NCBI RefSeq assembly: GCF_006345805.1
Contig: NC_043004.1
Location: forward strand, 55,614,001-55,678,000
Direction: 5' to 3'
Length of the DNA stretch: 64,000 nucleotides
Origin: Octopus sinensis
Lineage: Eukaryota
Below the pieces are notes generated by a model that saw nothing but the letters and a program-made list of their open reading frames with translations, had not been told where the DNA came from and ran no database searches. Positions 13,686 to 28,143 of the stretch are shown here, one piece after another; position 1 is the stretch's first letter; every line of letters starts with the position of its first letter. The translations under genes were made by a program, and so were the position numbers.

Positions 13686-13769
13686 TTGATAAATATAATC
13701 AAAAAACAAAACTTACTATTGTCATATAATAAACAAACACAAGTTGATGTATGGAGTTCATCTCTTTTC

Positions 13770-14330
13770 TACTTCAATTATTATATGAGATCGACGCTTT
13801 CAAGAGCTCAGTCAGCTGAACTATTTGCAGAGCAGCTTTTGAAACTCTGCGAAGGGAGAGTTCCAATTGATGAAGAGCAGTTTTTTACACTCAATGCAAT
13901 ATATAATTCAACTGATTTCAGCGATGATTTGATGTATGAAATCTTTCCTAATCTTCTTCATAAATACAACAATACAGATTACATCAGTGATGGAGCTATC
14001 CTGGCTCCAAAAAATGTTCCCCTACATACTGTTAATAATATGCTATTGAATAAACTTCCAGAAGTCTTCACTTATAATTCAATTGACAGCGTTGTTGATT
14101 ATCAGGATAGTATCAACAACCCCATCGAATTATTTAACTCATTCCAACCACCAGGTACTGTTCCTCGTTGTCTTCAGTTCAAAAAGGGGCACCTATTATG
14201 CTATTACATTTTTTGCCTCAACCAAAATTATGCAATGGTACAAGATTAATTGTGCACAATCTTCATTGACCCAATCATTCTCACTGTGTGTAGTAAAGGC
14301 TTATGTACCCCAAAATAAAACAAAGAAAAA
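13770..14330 (+). pseudogene. Second Helitron helicase remnant
   Basis: MRSTL..SAELFAEQLLKL..IFPNL..GAILAPKN..YNSIDSV..PPGTVP. Internally deleted relative to the first copy. Confidence 0.8.
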
Positions 14331-14885
14331 AAAACAATATTCATTCTTAATGCAACATGAATACTTCAATAACTTCATTTACCATTACTATCATTACATT
14401 CAAGAACGACTAAGTTACCTATTTCAATGAAATGTATTATATAATTGTCACTACTGTATTTTAAATTTTATTGTATTACTGTATAAATAAAATAACACGT
14501 ACATCTTACTTATTATTATCATGTAATAAACAAACAGAACTTCATGTATAAAAATTTTTTTTTCTACTTCAATTATTACCTGTTTTTCTCTTATAAAAAT
14601 ATTATATCATTGCCATTACTGTATAGATAAATAAAATAACATATACAACTCATTTATTGTTGTTATATCATAAACAAATACAAGTTCATGTATGATATTG
14701 ATCTTTCTTGTACTTCAGTTATTACATGGTTTTCTCTTCTAAAAGTACACACACAGAGGAGGAGTAAATTATACATATAATGATACTTTCAATGTGGCTC
14801 CCGATAAACAGTAAAAGTAATTACCAATGACGGGTTTTACTGCTAGTATACATACATACATACATACATACATACATACATACAT

Positions 14886-14932
<47 letters not shown>

Positions 14933-14997
14933 CACACACACCACACACACACGTTTCATTTAAGCCGAAAAAATCTTCACAACAATTTGTGAAGATA

Positions 14998-16210
14998 CAG
15001 GGTGCAATGGATAAATAGTCGCCATTTTATATTTTTAATTTCACGCATGTGCATTGTTTGTTTTTGATTTTGTTGACTACACAGTATAGTAGGGTCAGTT
15101 GGGCACCGTCTGTGAGAAAAACAGCACCATGACGCAATTAACTCTGCCAGAAATTTGGAAACGGCATGCTGTACTGTTTTGCATTTACACCGGAAGCTCC
15201 AACAGGAACACATGGTGAACACACAGAAGAACCGTTGGCTTGCCGTGTCTCCAAAGCACGCAGTCAACATCATGGTGTTAGGAGTGATCACTAGTGGTAG
15301 CGACGTTATGCTTCTGTTCCTCTTTCCACACGCCCTCACACTCAACACAGAGGCCTACATCAAGTGCCTGTAGTGCTGCCAGGGTCAAGTGAGTGATTGC
15401 TGGAAGACCCTATGTCTGTCAACAAGACTCTGCACCATGCCAGTCATGGCTGTCAGACAATTTCTGAAACCACATCACTCCTAACATCAGGCCACATAAC
15501 CCCGCAGACTGCAAACCCCTTCATTACTGTGTGTGGGGCGCAGTTGTGCGAGAGACCAACAAAATTCCTTGTAACACCAAATATGAACTGAAGGCAAGGG
15601 TTATGGCAGCATTGACCCACTTAAGCAAGAAGACCATCCAAAAGAGTTTCAGGAGATTCCGAATTTGTCTGGAGGCCCTGGTTGAAGCCAATGGCGATAG
15701 GTATCGTCCTTGTATAGGACTGCCACATTATGTTGGCAAACAAACTTTACTATTAGGTACTGTTACTGCATATCTCACTCTCAGAGATTTTAAACAAGTT
15801 GTTTTTTTCTTTACAAGATCAGCGTCTGTGTGTCACTTAGAAAATATATAGTATTTGCAAGTGGAGAAAGACCCCATCACTAGCTGGTGATTGTCTCACA
15901 CTGAGGACTGGTAACTATTCAGAAACCTAGGTCTGTGAGTATCACGTAAGGCTAGAGGTGGGAGTGATGACTTTCCTTGCATATACTATACGGGCATAAA
16001 CTATGTGTCGGTAACCAAAAGGAAAAGATGTTTTCCTGGGGCTGAAAAACAGTAACACAGTTCTTGTATATGCCACATTATGTCATCAAATAAACGTTAC
16101 ACTTTCAAGATATTTTAATGTAATTTTTGTAAACACATCTGTTAAAACGTGATGTCGGTGTTATTTTCCTTTTTGCGTAATTTAGATGATAATATATTCA
16201 CCACACCCTG
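14998..16210 (+). mobile_element. Degenerate Tc1/mariner-superfamily transposon
   Basis: TA|CAGGGTG...CACCCTG|TA termini with ~23-bp degenerate TIRs. Remnant frame VNIMVLGVITS..NTEAYIKCL..QQDSAPCH..VWGAV.RETNK..ELKARV..LEALVEANG. A foreign repeat occupies about 15690-16100. Confidence 0.75.
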
Positions 16211-16674
16211 TATATATCAATATATGTATTATACTAAACGTGTGTACATCGCTGACAGGCAAGATACTGAAAATTGCATCAGAGATTTAAAACAAAATCT
16301 CTTATAGACGTGCAGTGCTTATAAAATGAATCGTGTCGGCAGGTGCTGGCCGGAATACCAGATGCATTCCGCTCCCTTTGGCGCTTATCAATGACGTGTA
16401 CTCACAACCACAAGACTAGATGAACTCTATCACCCGCGATAAATACGAACTAATGAAACATAGGCGGTTATATTCATTTAATGCTGCTTAATATACGAAT
16501 ACCGTGTACACACACACTTACACAACACAAAGGAATAGGGATAGTAAAATTCAGGCGAAGACTTTTTGAGCACTCTATAGTAACACAAATTAGTTAAAAT
16601 CGAGTGATAATTGTTGTGAACCATGTAGTCTATACAGTTAAGTTTGAGAGCAGAAATGTACTACGTATGTATGT

Positions 16675-16844
16675 CTTTATTCAGTTTATTTCAAGATTTC
16701 TTGCCAATAGAGAAAGAACCGGTTTCTAACCTAGTTCCAAGGTTCCTTCATTGAAATTTCAACATCAACAACATGGTAAGTATGTATGTATGCATGTATG
16801 TATGTATGCATGCATGTATGTATGTATGTATGTATGTATGTATG

Positions 16845-16875
<31 letters not shown>

Positions 16876-17757
16876 TGTATGTATGTATGTATGTATGTAT
16901 GTATGTATGTATGTATGTATGTATGTGTGTATATGTAAATTTGTGTGTTTTATGTATGTATTCTCATGCGTAGAGTTACATATCTTGACATGCTCATATA
17001 TATTTAAGTGATAAACTTCTGGAAAGTTTTACAGATTTTTACAGTTCCAGTGATGGACTGGATTTGTAGCCTTCGAATTAGCTTTCTCCTTCTTGGTTTT
17101 GAGAAACCTAATTTCTCAAGATTGGTATTTAGGTAGTGTGTTACATATCCCAGGGCCCCAATAATTACAGGTATAAAGCTGAGCTTGTAATCTGGATAGG
17201 GTGACTGTAGATTTCTCAGTAGTTCCCTTTTTCACTGATCTTCAGCTCTATGTCAACACCTGCTGGGCAGCTAATTTCTACAACTGTGCACAGTTTCTCT
17301 TCTTTATCTTAAATCATTATATCAGGTCTGCTGTGCTTACATTTTATTGAGGTTTTCACTGGCACATTCCACCAGTATTCCTTTTCATTACGAGAGGATA
17401 TGGCTCTACCATATTGCAGGTTTTTATTTCTTTGTCCTCGGAATTTTCCTTCCGACAGATTTCATCATAGAGTGTTCTAGCTACAACGTCATGTCTCATC
17501 AGTAGATAATACCGTGATGCCATTTTCGAGCAACTGCTTATGATGTGGGTGATATCTTCAGTGTGAGCTCCACAAAGTCTGCATCGGTTGTCACACTTTA
17601 CGACCTTTCCCGCATCTCTATTCCTTTTGTGCATCAGCTACTTGGTTGATATTTCCTGTTCCTGGATTGCAAATGCATACTCTTCAAAATGGGAAGTAAT
17701 AATCCGGCTATTCATCTATGATAAACTGCTTTGATGATCGATATTACTACCATACTG
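16675..17757 (-). mobile_element. R4/Dong-like RLE non-LTR retrotransposon 3' remnant
   Basis: Degenerate frame ..AFAIQEQEI..CRLCGAHTEDITHIISSC..RHDVV.. (CCHC), then RPDIMI..VVEISCP (PD-D/ExK restriction-like endonuclease). The 3' UTR contains (TACA)n, and both junctions lie in TATG repeats. Confidence 0.75.
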
Positions 17758-17859
17758 AATGTATGTATGTATGTATGTATGTATGTATGTATGTATGTAT
17801 GTATGTATGTATGTATGTATGTATGTATGTATGTACGTATGGACGTATGTATGTATGTA

Positions 17860-18454
17860 TGTATTTTTTGTTTTATGTATGTCTTCTCATGCATATACTT
17901 GCATATTTAGACAAGTTTATGTATACTTAAACGATAAACTTCTGGACAGTTTTACAGTTTTATGTATGTGTCTCTTCTATTTTTTGATTATTATAAATCT
18001 TCCACTGAGGAGGGAACTGGTTTCCAACAAAGATACAAGGCTCCATCTTTGGGCTGTAGTTAACACAGACAAATTCACAATTGGAACTTGAGAAAAGTCT
18101 TCCACTCACAGATTACTCTTGCAATGTACGAATTAGCCGGTCGATTTCTCTTTCTGAAAATCCCAGCTTTTATTCAGGTATTTTATTAACAAAACTTAGT
18201 GCTTCAATCATTATTGGTATGATTATGAATTCATAGTCTGGATATTGAAGCTGGAGGTTTCGAAGCAGTTGCCCATAGAGATCCTCTTTTTCTTTGATCT
18301 TCAAAGAGATAGTTATATCTGCAGGGCAGCTCACCTCTATGATGGTACATACCTTTGCCCCTCTGTCTCAAACAGCAATATCAGGCCTCTTATGCTTACA
18401 TTTGACAGAACTTTTGATGAGAATATTCCATCAGTATTCCTTGAGTTGGTGTTT

Positions 18455-18455
<1 letters not shown>
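17860..18455 (-). mobile_element. Two further RLE-LINE 3' fragments in (TATG)n
   Basis: 17860-17960 repeats the 3' region of the 16675-17757 element. 17968-18455 encodes HKRPDIAV..IIEVSCPADI..KEKEDLY, a related RLE domain. Bounded by TATG repeats. Confidence 0.65.
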
Positions 18456-21880
<3,425 letters not shown>

Positions 21881-22072
21881 GGTGTGTATGTGTTCTGACA
21901 CATATCAAAAGATGAAAAGTTAGACAGATCATTGATCATAAGACTTTCAGTGAGAATAGTAGTTTTTCCTTTAATTTATGTAGGATAGGATAATTTTTCC
22001 CGGATTAAATTCTAAAAGAAGGCAGAGCCATCTCTTACGAATTTTGTTGAATTTTCAATATTTAGTGTATCC

Positions 22073-22854
22073 AAGGCGGTGAGCTTTCATCCTTTCGGGG
22101 TCGATTAAATAAGTACCAGTTACGCACTGAGGTCGATGTAATTGATTTAATTCTTTTGTCGGTTCTTGTTTGTCCACTCTGTGTTTAGCCCCCTGTGGGC
22201 AATAAAAAATAAACATTTAGTGTATTCAGAGCTGATAGAATCGTTAGCGCGCCGGGTGAAATGCTTAGCGGTATTTCGTCTGCCGTTATGCCGAGGTCGA
22301 TTTTGCCTTTCATCCTTTCGGGGTCGATTAGATAATTACCAGTTACGCACTGGGGTCGATATAATCGACTTAATCCGTTTGTCTGTCCTTGTTTGTCCTC
22401 TCTGTGTTTAGCCCCTTGTGGATAATAAAGGAATAGGTATTTCATCTACCGTTACGTTCTGAGTTAAAATTCTGCCGAGGTCGTCTTTGCCTTTCGGGGT
22501 CGATTAAATAAGTACCAGTTACGCACTGAGGTCGATGTAATCGACTTAATTCTTTTGTCTGGTCTTGCTTGTCCCCTCTCTGTTTAGCCCCTTGTGGGCA
22601 ATAAAAATAAATATTTAGTGTATCCAGGGTGGTGAGCTGGCAGAAACGTTAGTACGCCGGGCGAAATGCTCAGCAGTATTTCGTCTGTCGTTAGGTTTTG
22701 AGTTCAAATTCCGCCGAAGTCGACTTTGCCTTTCAACCTTTCGAGGTCGATTAAATAAGTACCAGTTATGCATTAGGGTCGATATAATCGACTTAATCCC
22801 TTTGTATGTCCTTGTTTGTCCCCTCTATGTTTAGCCCCCTGTGGGCAATAAATA
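22073..22854 (+). mobile_element. Tandem/nested array of four SINE B units
   Basis: Spacer aatatttagtgtatcc recurs at 22057, 22212, 22610 and 22855. Confidence 0.85.
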
Positions 22855-23649
22855 AATATTTGGTGTATCTTTTAGGTTTTTAGACACTAGATAGTGGCTT
22901 GAGCGAGATCTAGCTCCTACGTCTAGCAGGTCGGAGATGTTCCTTCTTTTTTTACTTAGTGGAATGATGCAGTTGGTATCGTAATGTTAGTTTAAGTATA
23001 CAAGAAGGGAAAACCAAGGTGTTCTGTTTTTTCACCCCAGGTTCACCATGGTCGGGAAGATCTAAAAACAAAGATGATCAAATGCGACCATTCCTAAATA
23101 TTTTCTTTTCATTCTTTTTTTTTTCTTTTTAAGACAATAAGGTGTAATCAAGGGAGATTGTCTGCTATTTCTAGCAGGTCAAATGTCCAGGTCAAATTGG
23201 TTTGTGCTTGCTATTGTTTTGCTTTTGTTTAGTTTAACACCAGCCGTTGCACAACAGATATATATGATTAAAAGTATTCCAGCCATGACTAAACTGTCTT
23301 TTACATAAGTCTAGGCAATCCAGAACCATGTTTTCCGACTTAGCTTCTTTTCAGACGATGGTGTGTCGTTTGGTTGCTGCTTCTAGTATGTCTGTCAACC
23401 AGATATAGCCTTCTTTATTGACACTGTCTCATGGTTAATGTGTCGTGATGTGTCGCAACCGTTATTACTCAGGACTATAACAAGATTAGTAAATCAAATG
23501 ATTATCATAATCAAAAACCAAGGTTGACATGAACTAGTCCTTGACCTCTGACCTCAGCATAATCTCGAGATGTGATAGTAAGTAGGAAGTTAGAAGAGGC
23601 ACAGGATTTCGGTTGATGTTATGAGATATATGAGATATATTTTTATATG

Positions 23650-23732
<83 letters not shown>

Positions 23733-23735
<3 letters not shown>

Positions 23736-24053
23736 CCCTTTACACCATACATCATAACACTGTGATACACGATCCCTATTGATCGTTTTTTTCCTCTTCC
23801 CCTTTTTCACCCTTTTTTTCTTCTTTTTTTTCATTTCTCTTTTCTTTTGTTCCTTTTCCTTTTTTCTTTTTTTCTTTTTTTTTCTTTATTTTTTGTTCTT
23901 TTTTCCCTTTTACGATCCCTTTTGATCGAAAACCTACGCCACCTTTTTTTTGTTTCTTTTGTTTTTTGTTTTTTTTTCATCCCCCAAAAGAAAAGCTCTA
24001 CCTTGTAACTTGTCCCATCTGTGTTCAGCCCTGTGTGGCCAATAAAGAAACTT
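23733..24053 (+). mobile_element. Tx1 3' UTR fragment (copy 2) in (TATC)n
   Basis: Matches the 3' UTR of copy 3 and ends AATAAAGAAACTT|ATCTATC. Flanked by (TATC)n at 23649-23732 and 24054-24070. Confidence 0.88.
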
Positions 24054-24433
24054 ATCTATCTATCTATCTATAGTATATATAAATCGCAATATGTATTTGC
24101 ATAATGACTAACGCATACGTTTCCCCAATTTTCAACCGATTTTCACCAAACTTTACGCATCCATAGTCCCAAGGATGGCCATGCACTATAACGATTTGCC
24201 AATAGCTCCCGCGTAAATAGATGTAAATAGACAGTTTTTTTGTATGTAGAAGACACAGTCTTTTTGTATGTAGGATTTTCCATGCATTTTCTATCTTTTT
24301 TTATATGTATACAATATATATATATATTTTCTATCTTTTTATACATGTATATCAATATATGTGATCTCTTGAGCACCACCAGCTCAAATATTTTTTCCCC
24401 TGTCTTCCCTTCTTGGGATCTTTCCTTCTCCTT

Positions 24434-24468
24434 GTTTCCGACGAAGAGCTCCGCTCGAAACGTTAAAC
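24434..24468 (+). ncRNA. Candidate minimal type I hammerhead ribozyme motif (Penelope-type)
   Basis: gttt-CCGACGA-a-GAGC tcc GCTC-GAAA-CG-TT-aaac, with palindromic AACGTT in stem III. The core deviates from CUGANGA. Confidence 0.4.
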
Positions 24469-24588
24469 CCTCCTTCTTCCCTTCTTTCCTGAGCGTCAAT
24501 AATACTTTAATTGTTCCACGTCCTGCGTTGCTGTGTTTTTTTTTTTTTTTCTTTTTTCTGTGTTTTCTTGTTTGGATTAACTATATAT

Positions 24589-24641
<53 letters not shown>

Positions 24642-25562
24642 TGATATACATGTATACGACGGGCTTCTTTCAGTTTACGTCTATCAAATCCATTCACAAG
24701 TCTTTGGACGACCTGAGGCTACAGCAGAAGACACTTGCCCAAGGTGTCACACTGTAGAACTGAACCCAAGGCCACATAGTTTGGAAGTTATCTCCTTACC
24801 CATAAAACCACGCCTTTATTATACCCCCAGCTGTTGATGAAGATTCGAGCTAGTGGCATTGCACACCGTCAGAGCCCCGTATCTTATAATCACAACAATT
24901 TAGAAATATCTGTTCTCACTTATGAGCTGCCAAAACTTTTACAAGAGGGCAGGCCCGTCACCAGACTTTATTTTTCTGGGCACTAATTTGAAACAATGCT
25001 AAAGTGGAATTTCAAAATAAAATGTATGACTGTAAATCTGAAGATGACCCATTGAATAGTGAGGTGACAATGTCCAGTGCACCCTATAAGCAACGGACAT
25101 GCAAGAAGGTCAATGAAATGCCAAAATTTCAACAATTGTGTGTGTGTATTGCGTATGTATGTACCCACACACACACATATTGTGTGTATGTATGTATACC
25201 CCACACACATATATATATCATAATTGGTAATATAATGCTAAAACAGATATATGTGAAAGTAACAATGTTTATATTTGCAGAAGTGTTTATCTTTTATGTA
25301 CTGAAATTTTTTGAAGAACGAAAGTATTCGATGACGAAAACATTTCGGAATTAATTAGGTACGCTAACCTCCAATATTTCAGAAATTTTAATTGAATTTA
25401 ATTTCATAAATATCATAAATATCAGTATTCTTTTAATTTATAACAATTAAAAAATTTACGCATTTTTTACATTTCTTCTTATTTTATTCTGCTTGAACGT
25501 GACTGGGTTTTCCGAGTGTTACACTCACGTCATCAATAGAAGTTATTCGAATGAAAGAAATA

Positions 25563-25888
25563 GGAGCACTCCGTCGGTTACGACGACGAGGGTCCCAGCT
25601 GATACGATCAACGGAACAGCCTGCTCGTGGAATTAACGTGCAAGTGACTGAGCACTCCACAGACACGAGTACCCTTAACGTAGTTCTCAGCGAGATTCAG
25701 CGTGACACAGAGTGTGACAAGGCCGGCCCTTTGAAATACAGGTACAACTCATTTTTGCCAGCTGAGTGGACTGGAGCAACGTGAAATAAAGTGTCTTGCT
25801 CAAGGACACAACGCATCGCCGGGAATCGAACTCACGACCTTACAATCGTCAGTCGAATGTCCTAACCACTAAGCCATGCGCCTTCACA
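25563..25888 (-). mobile_element. SINE family D, full length with TSD
   Basis: tRNA-like head (tggcttagtgg, gagttcgattccc). TSD aatgaaagaaata at 25550-25562 and 25889-25901. Confidence 0.85.
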
Positions 25889-25942
25889 AATGAAAGAAAT
25901 ACACATAGAGAGAAAGTGGGGCGGGAGAAAGACGGTTTATAT

Positions 25943-26019
<77 letters not shown>

Positions 26020-26150
26020 GAGGTAGGAGGTCTATATTATTCTGTATTTGCTCGTTGAAAATGCATGCACGCTCGAAATGTTTAACATAACGAAACAATG
26101 TCGAGAAGATCTATAAATTTACGTTTTAAAAGATATATCAATAGTTATAT

Positions 26151-26319
26151 GGCGCAGGAGTGGCTGTGTGGTAAGTAGCTTGCTAACCAACCACATGGTT
26201 CCGGGTTCAGTCCCACTGCGGGGCATCTTGGGCAAGTGTCTTCTGCTATAGCCCCGGGCCGACCAATGCCTTGTGAGTGGATTTGGTAGACGGAAACTGA
26301 AAGAAGCCTGTCGTATATA

Positions 26320-26375
<56 letters not shown>

Positions 26376-26587
26376 TGTCTGTGTTTGTCCCCCTAGCATT
26401 GCTTGACAACCGATGCTGGTGTGTTTACGTCCCCGTCATCTAGCGGTTCGGCAAAAGAGGCCGATAGAATAAGTACTAGGCTTACAAAAGAATAAGTCCC
26501 GGGGTCGAGTTGCTCGATTAAAGGCGGTGCTCCAGCATGACCGCAGTCAAAAGTCTGAAACAAGTAAAAGATTAAACGAGTAAAAAG
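26151..26587 (+). mobile_element. SINE family A, full length
   Basis: A-box tggctgtgtggt, B-box gggttcagtccc, cttgggcaagtg motif, (TG)n middle, tail gactgaaacaagtaaaag. Confidence 0.88.
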
Positions 26588-26745
26588 TTAGTTAAATTAA
26601 AGTGAAATAAAGTTAGAAAATAGCTGCGGAAGTTACACTTTTATCTTTTACGCATTCCAGGCCAAAGCCTGTGACCACGCTGGGACAACGCTGTTATTCA
26701 TTTTTTTCTGTTTATTAGGTTTAAATACTTATCAGTTTTATAAAA

Positions 26746-27130
26746 CTAAGCAGATACACCCATCGGTATCCGAGTTAGGTAGCAATCAGCCTCTTTTGCT
26801 ATCATTCCTAGGGCACCTATGACAACAGGTATTGTTTTGGTCTTGTGAGGTTCCACATTTTTGCTAATTTCTATTTCAAGATCTTTATACTTGCTGAGTT
26901 TTTGGTAGATCTTGACAAATACATTTATGTCGATTGGGACAGTCGTATCAATGAGGAAGTATGATTTTTGTCTGACGTCTTTCAATATAATATCTGGCCT
27001 ATTCGAATCTACCTTTCTGTTGGTTTGTATTGTGAAGTTCTAGAGGAGTGAGATGTGATCATTTTCGAGCACTGGAGGTGGTTTGTATTCCCACCAGTTT
27101 TTGTCATGGGTCAAGACCAGGTTTTTGCAA
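26746..27130 (-). mobile_element. RLE non-LTR retrotransposon C-terminal fragment
   Basis: ..VLEND..NRPDIILKD..FLIDTTVP..KLSKYKDLEIEI..IPVVIGALG, typical of an R4-like RLE domain. Confidence 0.75.
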
Positions 27131-27616
27131 ATTAATAACATATAATAACATTGTAAACTAATAACATATAGTTTGTTTGTAGAAATTTTAAGAATTTTAC
27201 TATTTTTCAGTAGAATTTTAAAAAAACATTTTGGTTTTGAAGAAAAAACAATTTGTATTTCTTGTTCCTCAACAGTAGTTTTATTGGAAAAACAATGACA
27301 TTCTATTGATTTATTATCTTATAATCTTGACGTGATGGTAAAATTGGTTGTCATCTTCAGATCCAGTGTGTCAAATAAAACCCTTGTTTAGGTCCAGATT
27401 TTTTGATCAAATGCTCCTCCCGTGAACGAGCTCATTCTCTCTGTCAAATTGATATAGTCTGAACAGGAGCAAGATGCGGTGTGACACTCATCTTATATCG
27501 AAGTGATTGCAGAATGAAGTATTTTTCCAAAGAACACAACACATCGCCTGGTCCGAGAATCGAAACGATGATCTTGCGATCGTGATGGTAACTGCCTCAC
27601 CACTAGGTCAGTTGCA

Positions 27617-27806
27617 AAATGAGTTGTACTTGTATTTCAAAGGGTCAGCCTTGTCACTCTCTGTGTCACGCTGATTATCCCCGAGAACTACGTTAAGGGT
27701 ACACGTGTCTGTGGAATGCTCAGCCATTTGCACGTTAATTTCACGAGCAAGCTGTTCCGTTGATCGTATCAGCTGGGACCCTCGTCGTCGTAACCGGCGG
27801 AGTCTT
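27617..27806 (+). mobile_element. 5'-truncated SINE D with TSD
   Basis: TSD taggtcagttgca at 27604-27616 and 27807-27819. Confidence 0.8.
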
Positions 27807-27816
27807 TAGGTCAGTT

Positions 27817-27866
<50 letters not shown>

Positions 27867-28143
27867 CACACACACACACACACACACACACGCACGCACG
27901 CACGCACGCACACACACAAATAAATATTTAAAAAGGAGATTAAGTTATCCCTTCTGTCCGTAGACTGTGGTGTCACCTTGGGAAGGTGTTAGCAACTTCT
28001 TAACTTTCCGTACCAGGAATATGGTGAAGGTGTCGGCAGTAGGACTTTGGATAACCGACAAGGCGGTTGTGTTCTTGAAGGTTATTGCGAACAAGCGGAA
28101 GATCTGTACCATCAGACAACGGTTGGGCGTCAACTAGATAGAT

